Part shown: positions 43,542-53,410 of the stretch, one piece after another
Layout of the letters: the number at the start of each line of letters is the position of its first letter
Position numbering within the stretch: the first letter of the stretch is position 1
Assembly (NCBI GenBank): GCA_040876265.1
Contig: JBBDPN010000002.1
Span: 3,954-67,953, forward strand
Length of the DNA stretch: 64,000 bases
Source: Candidatus Woykebacteria bacterium
GTDB lineage: Bacteria; Patescibacteriota; Microgenomatia; Woykebacterales; RBG-16-39-9b
Reading direction: 5' to 3'
Translations under genes and position numbers: made by a program
The notes under the pieces: model-generated
Seen by the model: only the letters and a program-made list of their open reading frames with translations
Told to the model about the DNA's origin: nothing
The model's database searches: none

Positions 43542-44170
43542 TTTGTGTAGATTATAGCAGTGGAAGGGTAGATAACATTAGAAAAACAGAAGGGTCCCGG
43601 CACGCTGGCTGCGTGTTGGTCCGAGACCCTGACGTTTTAACCAAATTGGTTTTTATTTTTTCGGTGCCAAAGGGTCCTTACGGACTCGCTCTGGCGTAGA
43701 CCATGTACATCCCTCCTCTCAGGGCTCAGCAGCCTTTCGCTTCGACCTCTCCTACCTAGATGGTTACTAGACTCGGAGCGCTGCTGGCAAGTGATTGGCC
43801 CTTCCGTGACCTGTGGTCAGGGAAGGTGGCGGATCCCGATCGCTCAGAACCGGCTGGTTGACTTGTCGTGACACCGGTTAGACGGGCTTCGGGATCTGGC
43901 GTCGGCGCCGTCGATCAGGTGTCGATGTTGCCGGCGCGGGAGATGTCCGGGCCCACGTCGTCGTTGAGGCCGGCGTCGAAGCCCTTGAGCTTTATGCAAG
44001 TCTCGCCGCAGCTGGCGATCGGCGGGCTGTTCGAGTAGAGCATTTCTGCACCTACCTTTCTTCCTTGGCTGAAACAGCATGTGAGCAAAAGATTTTGCCC
44101 AGACCACTTCAGCAAAAAATCCGATGGGAGTATTTTAGCAAACTAGCAAGGCCCAGTCAATCCCATAATA

Positions 44171-44551
44171 CTAGAGGTTGATGGTGTGAGTGAGTTCTGT
44201 CACGAGCGGTAAGTACCATTTATTGCCTTTTATAGCCTTATACGCACCGTAAACAAGAACTGCGTAGATGACCACCGCTAAAAACATTTTTAGATAACCT
44301 GGCAGAAGAAGTAAAAGTACTATGGCGATCAGTAAAATTACCAAAGCCTGGCGGGCGTGAAAAGAGACAAATTCACTGTTGTTTTTTCGCAGTACCAAAA
44401 CAGCTGCGGAAATAAAGGGGACGTATGAGGCACACGCCACCCACGTTTCCTCCCCAGAGTAAGTTCGGACTAGAGTTTCGCTCTGGCCATGGGCGGCAAA
44501 CTGGTTCTTCAAATAATTCCTTACACTGTTGAAAGAATCTTCAAATAGCAT
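44171..44551 (-). CDS. Small membrane protein, DUF4870-like (FHARQ motif), paralog of 46273..46650
   Basis: FVSFHARQALVILL plus two TM helices. The paralog has FAQFHAKQGVVLFA. Confidence 0.45.
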   Translation of the reverse strand: MLFEDSFNSVRNYLKNQFAAHGQSETLVRTYSGEETWVACASYVPFISAAVLVLRKNNSEFVSFHARQALVILLIAIVLLLLLPGYLKMFLAVVIYAVLVYGAYKAIKGNKWYLPLVTELTHTINL

Positions 44552-44584
44552 AATTCCTCTTCTTATATTAGAATTATATTCTTT

Positions 44585-46057
44585 TTAATCGAAAAACCCA
44601 ACTTGACCTTCGGCTTGTTTGACGATCTGTTTTGGTTTTTCACTGCTAGGGATACCAGCTTCCGAAGGCCAAATTTTTACTACGCCAAACACTCCATCGT
44701 ACCCTGGCTCTATCACAATATCACCCTCCCTCACCTTCCTCACTCCCTCGACTATTCTGTGGACAGAAGCCTGTTTTTCCAAATCAGAGAGAGGCGCTTT
44801 CATCAAGATATTCATCTCAGAATCAAAATAGTTTACTAACTTCTTGTATTCCTCAATGACTTTTGGCGAAGTCACCGGCGAGCCAACAGCCTCGGATATT
44901 ATTTCTATCAAAGGCACGAGGTTTTTATATTTTGGCCGGTTTCCTGGAGTAAAACCCTCTGGTCTATTTTTATCCGCCAGCTGCTCAACCCGGTGCATTA
45001 CGCCGATGGTTAACCGCCGTCTGCATTTTGGACAAATCATTCCTGCCTTAGCAGTCTCGGACGGCGAGTGACGAACGTTGCAGTTTCTGTGCCCAGTGAA
45101 ATGATATTTACCTTCTTCCGGAAAAAATTCAAGAGTAAATGCTACTTTTGACTCCCTGCTCTTTTGCGAGTGGGCTTGATCCAATTTGTAGATCGCTTCG
45201 CGCTCTGCGACCACTTCGTGGGCTAAGGTCTCCACAGGAAGTCCGCGTTTACCACGCTCGGATAAAGCATTTTGCGATTCATCGCGGAACCTTTTTGGAG
45301 ACGAATTAGATTGTTGATCGCCGAGCACAGCCGACTGACTTTTCAACGCTGCCAGCAACCCATCGTAGCTAAAATCGCTGTCAAAAACGGTCAGCTCTCG
45401 GCTCATCTTTGGTGCGCTGTGAGCATCGGAAAAGGAAACTATTGATCGGCCATCAAGCTCTGGTATTCGCCAATTCATCGCCGGATCGCTAGACAATCCC
45501 GTTTCAATAGCGTAAATATATTTGGCTAGGTCTCCAAAAGCTTCATCAATGCTGTCAAAACCAGAGTTAGAACCGTACAAACTAAACCACGGCGTCCAAG
45601 CGTGGGCCGGGATAAAAATAGTCTTTTCGTTTACTTGCAATGCCATTTCGAGAAGTTGCTTTGCACTTAACCCAACGATTGGCCGCCCATCTGCTTTTAA
45701 GTTTCCAATTTTGCCAAGAGCTTCATTAAATTTTTCTACGCCACTTTTTTCCGAAAAATAAAGCAAACAGTGGATCCGCCTTACCTTTCCCCCTTGGGAA
45801 TAGATGCAGGAAATCTCAGTACCCAAAACGTAATGAGCGCCGCCGTATTCATAAAAACCGGAAGATTCGGATTCTTTTAATTTCTTCTTGGTTTCTTCCC
45901 ACCAAACCGGATGAGTAAAATCTGCACTGGAAAGAAGGCTAATGCCTTTGTATTTGGCCCATTCTGAAAGTGTATCGAAGTTTAAATTGCGGCTGGTGGC
46001 ACGAGCGTAAGCGGAATGAAGGTGTAAGTCGGCGACGAATTTAGCCATCATCGCCAT
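44585..46057 (-). CDS. Endonuclease Q-like (PHP-type metal site + C-terminal zinc finger) nuclease
   Basis: N-terminus ADLHLHSAYARA...GISLLSSADFTHPVWW matches EndoQ DLHIHS...GTGD..HP.W. C-terminal CPKCRRRL Zn finger. Confidence 0.5.
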   Translation of the reverse strand: MAMMAKFVADLHLHSAYARATSRNLNFDTLSEWAKYKGISLLSSADFTHPVWWEETKKKLKESESSGFYEYGGAHYVLGTEISCIYSQGGKVRRIHCLLYFSEKSGVEKFNEALGKIGNLKADGRPIVGLSAKQLLEMALQVNEKTIFIPAHAWTPWFSLYGSNSGFDSIDEAFGDLAKYIYAIETGLSSDPAMNWRIPELDGRSIVSFSDAHSAPKMSRELTVFDSDFSYDGLLAALKSQSAVLGDQQSNSSPKRFRDESQNALSERGKRGLPVETLAHEVVAEREAIYKLDQAHSQKSRESKVAFTLEFFPEEGKYHFTGHRNCNVRHSPSETAKAGMICPKCRRRLTIGVMHRVEQLADKNRPEGFTPGNRPKYKNLVPLIEIISEAVGSPVTSPKVIEEYKKLVNYFDSEMNILMKAPLSDLEKQASVHRIVEGVRKVREGDIVIEPGYDGVFGVVKIWPSEAGIPSSEKPKQIVKQAEGQVGFFD

Positions 46058-46092
46058 ATTCTAGCATAAAGTCCGTGGTGGATAAATTCAAA

Positions 46093-46270
46093 TCGCTGTG
46101 CGAGCACGGCGTTTTTGAACTTGCTGAAAAGCAGAGAGGAAACTGGAACTGAACCTGAGCTTGTCGAAGGTGAATTCCAGAGGAAGTCCCAAAGCTTTTC
46201 AGCTTAGTCCAACAGTCAGCACAGCCCAGCGACAGTTTTGGTTCCACCTTTGCTGCCAAAGGTGGAAACA
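46093..46270. repeat. ~180-nt repeat element, copy B
   Basis: GAGGAAACTGGAACTGAACCTGAGCTTGTCGAAGGTGAATTCCAGAGGAAGTCCC ... TTTTGGTTCCACCTTTGCTGCCAAAGGTGGAAA. Immediately 5' (minus sense) of the EndoQ-like gene. Confidence 0.7.
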
Positions 46271-46272
46271 AC

Positions 46273-46650
46273 TTAGAGATTGATTTTACTCGCAATATCT
46301 CCAATTACAGGAAGGTTGTACCTTTCACCTCCGTGAGCTTTAATGAAACCCATTATAGAGGCGACCAAGAAAACCAGACTAACCAACCACCAAACAAAGA
46401 ACAGGAAACCAAGTATCATGAACAGCGCGTACAAAATTATTTCGCCAGCAAATAGGACCACGCCTTGCTTGGCGTGAAACTGAGCAAATTCGCTGTCTTT
46501 CTTCGCGAAAAGGACAACTACTGAAATAACTCCGATGTAACTAAGTGCTGCTATCATGTTGTCATCACCGCCGCTTTTTGCAGCTGGTGTTGGTTGTTGT
46601 GAGGCTGGTTGTTGTGGAGACTGAGTAGTTTCTTCTTGCAGAAAAATCAC
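46273..46650 (-). CDS. Small membrane protein, DUF4870-like, paralog of 44171..44551
   Basis: FHAKQ motif plus two TM helices. Gln/Pro-rich N-terminus. Confidence 0.45.
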   Translation of the reverse strand: MIFLQEETTQSPQQPASQQPTPAAKSGGDDNMIAALSYIGVISVVVLFAKKDSEFAQFHAKQGVVLFAGEIILYALFMILGFLFFVWWLVSLVFLVASIMGFIKAHGGERYNLPVIGDIASKINL

Positions 46651-46793
46651 CTCCTTTTTAGGACTAATTTAATTAAATCACACGCTCGCTCACCTGTCAA
46701 AATTCATCTTGACTTATTTCTATAGGGTGCTATTATTGAGGCCAAAATCTGCACTTGAACAAGTGAATAAACCTAGCAGAAGGAGATGAAATC

Positions 46794-48071
46794 ATGCCGA
46801 TGTCAAATGACTTCAAAGAACGTCTGAACCAAATCCTTCCACAGATCGTAAAGCACTACGGAACTCCTTTCCACGTCTATGATGAGGTTGGGATAACCGA
46901 AAATGCTCAAGATCTATACAGCCAGTTCAGCGAAGGAAGCGGCTTCCGCAACTACTTTGCGGTCAAGGCCCTACCAAATCCAAGGATTATCAGTTTACTG
47001 TTGTCCTTGGAAATGGGGTTCGATTGCAGCTCCATACCAGAGCTCGTGATAGCTCGGTCCGTAGGTGCAAAACCTGACCAGATCATATTCACTTCGAACA
47101 ATACTGATGCCCCAGAGTACGAAGCGGCTCTGGCCGATGGCGGTTGCATACTCAATCTAGACGATCTCACGTTCGTCGAAAAGGTACCTGAACCCTTCCC
47201 AGAGCAAATCTGTTTTCGGTTCAACCCAGGAAAAAAGCGTTCCGGAAGTCGGTTTATCGGCGACCCCTCCGACGCCAAGTATGGGCTTCGTGAAGATCAA
47301 CTTATCACGGCGTACAGATTGGCGCGAGACCGAGGTGCCAAACGATTCGGTCTCCACACCATGATAATCAGCAACGAACTCGACTACAAGTTCATGCTCA
47401 CAACCGTGCATATGCTCCTCGAAATCATTGAGGACTTGGAACGGAAGACTGGCATAATTTTTGAGTTCATCAACATTGGGGGTGGCATAGGAATCCCATA
47501 CAAACCAGATGACCATGGTTTTCATATCACCTCCCTTGGTCATTACACTCAGTTGATTTTGAAGGAGTTTCTGACAAAGAACGGATACGCCCCAACGCTC
47601 TACTCCGAATGTGGACGTTACGTCACTGGCCCTCATGGAGTCCTCGTCACTACTTGCATCAACCGAATGATCAAGCACAAGGAATACGTAGGGGTGGATG
47701 CAAGTATGTCAGCTCTCATGAGACCTGGAATGTATGGCGCCTACCACCATATCAACATCGTTGACCCGAACGGTCAGGAAAAAGACGGGGTTACCGAAGT
47801 CGTAGACGTCGTTGGCTCTCTGTGTGAGAACAACGACAAGTTTGCTGTTGATCGAGAACTTCCAAAAGTCGTGGGAGGTGACTTTGTCATCATCCACGAC
47901 ACTGGTGCTCATGGACACGCGATGGGGTTCAACTACAACGGTCGCCTGCGACCAAAGGAGCTGTTGCTCCGCTCCGACGGAAAAGTGGAGCTTATCCGCC
48001 GAGCCGAAACTCACGAGGACTATACCGCAACCCTGCGGTTTGAACCGGACGTTTTGGACCTAACAGCATAA
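46794..48071 (+). CDS. lysA: Diaminopimelate decarboxylase (PLP-dependent Orn/DAP/Arg decarboxylase fold)
   Basis: YAVKALPNP (PLP-Lys block), a glycine-rich loop GGGIGIPY, and C-terminal CENNDK / EYGA-type blocks. Length 425 aa. GC about 55%. Confidence 0.7.
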   Translation: MPMSNDFKERLNQILPQIVKHYGTPFHVYDEVGITENAQDLYSQFSEGSGFRNYFAVKALPNPRIISLLLSLEMGFDCSSIPELVIARSVGAKPDQIIFTSNNTDAPEYEAALADGGCILNLDDLTFVEKVPEPFPEQICFRFNPGKKRSGSRFIGDPSDAKYGLREDQLITAYRLARDRGAKRFGLHTMIISNELDYKFMLTTVHMLLEIIEDLERKTGIIFEFINIGGGIGIPYKPDDHGFHITSLGHYTQLILKEFLTKNGYAPTLYSECGRYVTGPHGVLVTTCINRMIKHKEYVGVDASMSALMRPGMYGAYHHINIVDPNGQEKDGVTEVVDVVGSLCENNDKFAVDRELPKVVGGDFVIIHDTGAHGHAMGFNYNGRLRPKELLLRSDGKVELIRRAETHEDYTATLRFEPDVLDLTA

Positions 48072-48083
48072 GGAGGTGCTGAA

Positions 48084-49271
48084 ATGGAAATCCAGGTAGC
48101 CCAACGGGTCAAAAATCTTCCCGAGAGTTACGTCTTCGGGAAGATTGCTAAGGCGAAAGCGGCGGCCAGAGAAGCCGGCAGAAGGGTCTACGATTTCGGC
48201 ATCGGTGATCCGGACTGGGGTGCTCCAATAGAGATGGTCGAGGACATCATAACGGCTCTCCGCGACCCAACCACCCACGATTATCCGGATACCGAAGGGC
48301 TCCGAGTCTACCGAGAGGCTTGGGCAGGTCTCTACAGACAGGTTTGGGGTGTCCTTCTGGATCCGGAGACTGAGGTACACGCCTTAATCGGCGGTAAAGA
48401 AGGTATCGGCCACGTGCCCCTAGCCTTCGTAAACCCCGGCGACATCGTGATTTGCCCCGACCCTGCCTACCCTGTCTACGATGAGGGCACCATCATCGCC
48501 GGCGGCGAACCCTACTACCTACCCCTGCTCGAGGAGAACGGATTTCTTCCGGACTTCGAGTCAGTTCCGCAAGATATCGCTGCGCGGGCGAAGATATTCT
48601 GGATCAACTCTCCCAACAACCCCACTGGGTCTAAAGCCAACCTGAAATACTTCACTCGCCTAGCCAAGTGGGGAAAGCAGACTGAGACGATGGTTTTTTC
48701 AGACGCCACCTACTCCCACATAGGTTCGGAGCGGCCATCGCCCAGCTTCCTCCAGGCTCCTGGGTCTATGGAGGTAGGTGTGGAGTTTCACTCCATTTCC
48801 AAGACTTTCAGCTTCACTGGCGCCAGGTGTGCTGCGGTAGTGGGCAACAGCGACATCATCAAGGGACTCCACCGGATCAAGGCCAGCCTGGACTCCGGCG
48901 TCCCAGACTTCATCCAAGAGGCTGTGGCAACACACCTCCTGAGCTGCGAGGAGTACACCGACCGCATAAACAACGAGTATTCTCGGCTCCGCGTGGCACT
49001 ACAGCAAGAACTCGCGAACTTGGGCTTCGCTCCCTACAAGTCTGAGGCCACCTTCTACGTCTGGGCGAAGAACCCTACCGGCTTCGAGGATTCTGAGGCG
49101 TTTGCCTACGACCTCATTGAGAAAACCGGTGTGGTCTGCGTCCCCGGCAAAGGCCTTGGACGCCAGAATGGAGAAGGTTACACCCGCTGGTCGGTGGCTC
49201 GCGCCACAATGGGTGACATTAGAAACGCGACAGTGCTAGTCGGCAACTACCTCACCACGAAGAAAGCATAG
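48084..49271 (+). CDS. Class I/II aminotransferase, LL-diaminopimelate aminotransferase (DapL)-like
   Basis: FGIGDPD near the N-terminus. Aminotransferase-I Lys block SISKTFSFTGARCA. FWINSPNNPTG. Adjacent to lysA. The DapL assignment is an inference from family and context. Confidence 0.55.
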   Translation: MEIQVAQRVKNLPESYVFGKIAKAKAAAREAGRRVYDFGIGDPDWGAPIEMVEDIITALRDPTTHDYPDTEGLRVYREAWAGLYRQVWGVLLDPETEVHALIGGKEGIGHVPLAFVNPGDIVICPDPAYPVYDEGTIIAGGEPYYLPLLEENGFLPDFESVPQDIAARAKIFWINSPNNPTGSKANLKYFTRLAKWGKQTETMVFSDATYSHIGSERPSPSFLQAPGSMEVGVEFHSISKTFSFTGARCAAVVGNSDIIKGLHRIKASLDSGVPDFIQEAVATHLLSCEEYTDRINNEYSRLRVALQQELANLGFAPYKSEATFYVWAKNPTGFEDSEAFAYDLIEKTGVVCVPGKGLGRQNGEGYTRWSVARATMGDIRNATVLVGNYLTTKKA

Positions 49272-49349
49272 GAAGATCCGGAAGGACGAGGAGATCTATG
49301 GCCCGCTTGAACCAAGCATCAGCTTGGTGATGGCGGGCCTCATCTTTTC

Positions 49350-51107
49350 TTATCGAACCTTAACTTTACGTTGCTGATTAAACATCTTGATCAACTCAAT
49401 AACTGTAGTCGCATCTTCCGCACGTTTATCGGCGCCGCGGAAGGAAACCAGACGAGGAAAACGTAGTGCGTACCCTGGCTCATCGCCTACTTTACCAGCG
49501 GTGTGAACAGGGCTGCGAGTGATCTCATCAGCAAAAATTTCTAGTACTTCCTTTGGTTCCACCCAATAGCTGGGGTTTATCAAAGAATTAACTCGCGCTG
49601 GCTTGTGATCCACTTTTATTTTTTGGGCGAGATCATTAACTTTTCGAAACTCTTCATCAGTAAGCCCTGTACCAATACGACTAACCGTCACGAAACTATC
49701 ACTTTCTGTATCATATATACCCACAAGGAGCCCACCGACTCCAAACTGCGTCCTTTTTCCAGTACCCGTGTATATGCCCAACAAAACGGCGTCGATAGTG
49801 TCAGAGAGCTCTCCGGCTGCTACACGCTTGAATTTCACCCAGTGAAAGCCTCTATTGCCGGCTTTGTACGGTGCATCCAGCTTTTTCACCATTACACCCT
49901 CCAGGCCAGCCGCAATTTGTTCTTCAAACATCTTTTTCAGCTCCTGCGCCGAATGCAAAATCTCCTCTCGGGCTACGAGGATTTGGCCTTGCGAGGAAAC
50001 AACCCGGGAAAGTTTTTGCCTCCTCTCCTTGTACGGTTGGCCTGTGATATCCTTACCGTTTAAGTAAAGCAAATCAAAAGTAAAAAGTTTCAGAGGCAAT
50101 TTGGTGGCAAACTCCTCTACCCCATATTTCCTGCGTCTTTTTGTGGTTTCTTGAAAAGGAAGGAACTCATCCGTAAGAGGGTTGTACGCAATCGCCTCCC
50201 CTTCAAAAATAGCAGAATCCGCCCGCACTTCTTTCTTCACTGCTTCGATGAGATCCGGAAACATGTGGCTCATGTCCTCCAAGTTCCTCGAAAAGATTTT
50301 AACCTCGTTTTTTATTTTGTGGACTTGATTGCGAAACCCGTCGTATTTTGGTTCAGCGGCAAAGCGGTCTCCCATCCTTTTGACCATCGCTTCTGCGCTA
50401 GGGAGCCTTTCTGCCAGAGCGGGACGGACCGGCTTCCCAACTTGCAACTGAATTTTTTCAACTGCGGTTAAACCTTTTTGCCAGTAAGTTTTCGCAACGA
50501 ATCCCAGATCACTTGTTTTATTATAAGCTTCTTCCAGCGCTTTTCTATGGGACTTATCACCCGTTTTGGCCACGGAAAGGGCGTCTAAGACGGTCGGATC
50601 GCCAATTCCAAGCCGAAGCTTGGACAGGGTAATCTTCACCAGATGTTTGGCGCTCTTGGCGTCCAATTTTTTTAATAAAAGTGCCAGTATATTTATTTTC
50701 GTCTCAACGCTCCCCTCACCTGCCGTTGTAGCAATATCATGCAAACCAGCGTGGACATCATTAATTGTGAGGCTAGAATCTTTTTTGCTACCGTTAAGTT
50801 CTTCGGCGGCAAGACCCATATCGCCTTTTTGGGATAGAAGTTTCTGTACTTTCTCTCTGGGAACATCGTAGGCCTGGGCAAGCGCTTGATCTACCAATTT
50901 ATCGGCCATTCCTATTTCGGTGGGATCAAAAAACGGAACCACTCGGCCTTGGAGAAGATAACAAACCTTGTCTATCTCGCCAGCGGAGATATTTTTGAAA
51001 AGATCAGCGAGGATATTGGTCAGCTCAATCCGGCTAGAGGTAGCCTCAAGCTTCTCTAAATACTGTGCGAACTCAGAGAATTTCATGGTGAAGGGATTAT
51101 ACCGCAA
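49350..51107 (-). CDS. ATP-dependent DNA ligase
   Basis: Adenylation motif I EPKYDGFR (KxDGxR). An OB domain follows. Length 585 aa. Confidence 0.8.
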   Translation of the reverse strand: MRYNPFTMKFSEFAQYLEKLEATSSRIELTNILADLFKNISAGEIDKVCYLLQGRVVPFFDPTEIGMADKLVDQALAQAYDVPREKVQKLLSQKGDMGLAAEELNGSKKDSSLTINDVHAGLHDIATTAGEGSVETKINILALLLKKLDAKSAKHLVKITLSKLRLGIGDPTVLDALSVAKTGDKSHRKALEEAYNKTSDLGFVAKTYWQKGLTAVEKIQLQVGKPVRPALAERLPSAEAMVKRMGDRFAAEPKYDGFRNQVHKIKNEVKIFSRNLEDMSHMFPDLIEAVKKEVRADSAIFEGEAIAYNPLTDEFLPFQETTKRRRKYGVEEFATKLPLKLFTFDLLYLNGKDITGQPYKERRQKLSRVVSSQGQILVAREEILHSAQELKKMFEEQIAAGLEGVMVKKLDAPYKAGNRGFHWVKFKRVAAGELSDTIDAVLLGIYTGTGKRTQFGVGGLLVGIYDTESDSFVTVSRIGTGLTDEEFRKVNDLAQKIKVDHKPARVNSLINPSYWVEPKEVLEIFADEITRSPVHTAGKVGDEPGYALRFPRLVSFRGADKRAEDATTVIELIKMFNQQRKVKVR

Positions 51108-51184
51108 AAAAGTGGTTGTAAAAAGGAGAAGCGCTGATGTTCCCGCGAAACATCAGCGCCATGGACATCCCTCGACCCGTTCCT

Positions 51185-52351
51185 TTAGTTGATCGCCCGT
51201 ACCATAGTCACTCCATCTATACGTCGGAGTGCCCGTAGTACGAATTGATCGACCGGCTCATCCAGGTCAAGGATGTTGTATGCTACATTTCCACGGTGTC
51301 TGTTCTCCATGTTATCGATATTGACACCCGCCCGACCCACGGTTGTTGTGATCTGGGCAATCATCTCGGGCACGTTAACGTTGGCCACCACCAACCGAAA
51401 CTCTGTGGATCGCGGCAGAGAAATTTCCGGGAAGTTGACGCTGTTGTGGATATTCCCATCTTCCAAGAAATCGCGAACCTGCTGCGCGATCATTCGGGCG
51501 CAGTTTTCTTCGGATTCCTGTGTCAACGCTCCTACATGGGGTAGAGAGCTTACCCGTGGGTGGCCTTTGACTTTACTCGTCGGAAAGTCCGTTACGTAAG
51601 CCCGAACTTTTCCTGAGTCTAAAGCTGAGATTAGAGCAGCTTCATCCACGATTCCTTCTCTGGAGAAATTGAGGACTATCACCCCATCCCTCATCTTCTC
51701 AAGCCGAGACGTATCGATCATGTTCTGAGTAGTGGCAGAGAGCGGAACATGAAAAGTGATGAAGTCAGCTCGACTCAAAACCTCGTCTAGAGAATGGGCC
51801 GGTTGGACTTGGGGCGAAAGTTTCCAAGCACCCTCAACCGTAATATCTGGGTCGAAGCCAAGAACACGCATACCCAAAAATAGGGCCCCGTTGGCAACCT
51901 CTCCCCCCACAGCTCCTAAACCAACAACGCCTAATGTCTTTCCGGCAATTTCGATGCCACGGAATTGACCTTTTCCTACCTCCAGCACTTTCTTTATATC
52001 CTCATCAGTACCTTGAAGGTTCCGAACGAACTCAAAGGCTGGAGCAATATTACGAGCTGCCGCTGTGAGGCAGGACAGGACGACCTCTTTCACGGCGTTG
52101 GCATTGGCGCCTGGAGTGTTGAAAACCACGACGCCGCTCCTTGAAAGCTCCTCGACCGGAATGTTGTCTACCCCGACACCAGCTCTTCCCACCGCTTTCA
52201 ACGAGATTGGAAATTTCTGTCCATGAAGAATAGCGGAACGAACCAGTATTGCGTCTGAATTTTCCATCTTGGAAACCATCAAGTACAGCTCTGATGGGAA
52301 CTGGCCAAGACCAGCAGATGAGATAGCATCCAACACCTGAACCCTAAACAA
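51185..52351 (-). CDS. serA: D-3-phosphoglycerate dehydrogenase-like 2-hydroxyacid dehydrogenase with C-terminal ACT domain
   Basis: NAD-binding GVVGLGAVGGEVA. Catalytic R/H region. C-terminal ACT-like ~70 aa. Confidence 0.65.
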   Translation of the reverse strand: MFRVQVLDAISSAGLGQFPSELYLMVSKMENSDAILVRSAILHGQKFPISLKAVGRAGVGVDNIPVEELSRSGVVVFNTPGANANAVKEVVLSCLTAAARNIAPAFEFVRNLQGTDEDIKKVLEVGKGQFRGIEIAGKTLGVVGLGAVGGEVANGALFLGMRVLGFDPDITVEGAWKLSPQVQPAHSLDEVLSRADFITFHVPLSATTQNMIDTSRLEKMRDGVIVLNFSREGIVDEAALISALDSGKVRAYVTDFPTSKVKGHPRVSSLPHVGALTQESEENCARMIAQQVRDFLEDGNIHNSVNFPEISLPRSTEFRLVVANVNVPEMIAQITTTVGRAGVNIDNMENRHRGNVAYNILDLDEPVDQFVLRALRRIDGVTMVRAIN

Positions 52352-52447
52352 TTCTTGCTCCCTCCAGTCTACTCGGACCTAAACCTCTTCTGTTCCAGGT
52401 TTATTTGATAAATAAATTATACCGAAGGGGAAAGATTTTTCAACTAG

Positions 52448-53410
52448 TTAGATAGATTTCCAGATATCTTCTAGGGCGGCTTTGGGAGGCTTGTTTTGAA
52501 AGATAGTTTCGTAGACGTTTTGGAAAAGTGGCACATCAATTTTGAATCTTTTAGCTAGGGCGTAGGCAGATTCGGCTGTCCCCACACCTTCAATGGCTGT
52601 TTTCGTAGCCAGAGCTTCTTTCACATCTGTACCGCTGCCAAGTTTGTAGCCAAAAGTGAAATTACGTGATTGATCACTTGTTGCGGTCAGGAAAAGATCG
52701 CCCAGACCGGCAACAGTATAAAAAGTTTCAGCTTTTGCACCCATTTTATTACCCAACTTTGCAATTTCTCTCAACCCTTCAGTAAAAACGGCAGCAGTGA
52801 AATCACGCCCTAACTGCGCTCCAGCAGCCATTCCGGCCAAAATTGCCAAGACATTTTTCAGTGCTCCTCCTAGTTCCAGACCAACTACATCGCCGGTAAC
52901 CTCTACTTTGAAATTCTCTGTCTCAATAATTTTTTTGATTTTTTCTGCCGCTTCCTTGTCACTACTGGCCACCAGTATCTTGGTATCCAACCCCTTGCCC
53001 ACTTCTTTGGCGAAAGATGGGCCGGAAATTGCTGACACTTTGTAATCTCCAGTTACCACTTCCTCCACTATTTCATTGGCTAATTTGTGTGTGTCTTTCT
53101 CAATACCTTTTGAAGCACAGACGAAGATTTTGCCGCTAATTTTTTTGGGGAGAAGACTACGGAGTGAGAAAAATGGAGGCGCCAGGAAAACTATATCAGA
53201 ATAGTCGTACGCCTCTTGGAGGTTGTTGGTGGCGACTATTTCGGGCGGAAGCTCGATATCTGGCAAGTATGATAGGTTTTGATGCAGTTTATTTATCTCC
53301 TCCACTACCTTCTTTTCGTACGCCCAAATCTTCACGTGGTTCCCAGCTCTATTTAGTTGTACTGCCAGGGCTGTCCCAAAAGCCCCAGCTCCAATCACCG
53401 CTACTTTCAT
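52448..53410 (-). CDS. gpsA: NAD(P)H-dependent glycerol-3-phosphate dehydrogenase
   Basis: MKVAVIGAGAFGTALA Rossmann N-terminus. Length 320 aa. Overall GpsA blocks present. Confidence 0.85.
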   Translation of the reverse strand: MKVAVIGAGAFGTALAVQLNRAGNHVKIWAYEKKVVEEINKLHQNLSYLPDIELPPEIVATNNLQEAYDYSDIVFLAPPFFSLRSLLPKKISGKIFVCASKGIEKDTHKLANEIVEEVVTGDYKVSAISGPSFAKEVGKGLDTKILVASSDKEAAEKIKKIIETENFKVEVTGDVVGLELGGALKNVLAILAGMAAGAQLGRDFTAAVFTEGLREIAKLGNKMGAKAETFYTVAGLGDLFLTATSDQSRNFTFGYKLGSGTDVKEALATKTAIEGVGTAESAYALAKRFKIDVPLFQNVYETIFQNKPPKAALEDIWKSI

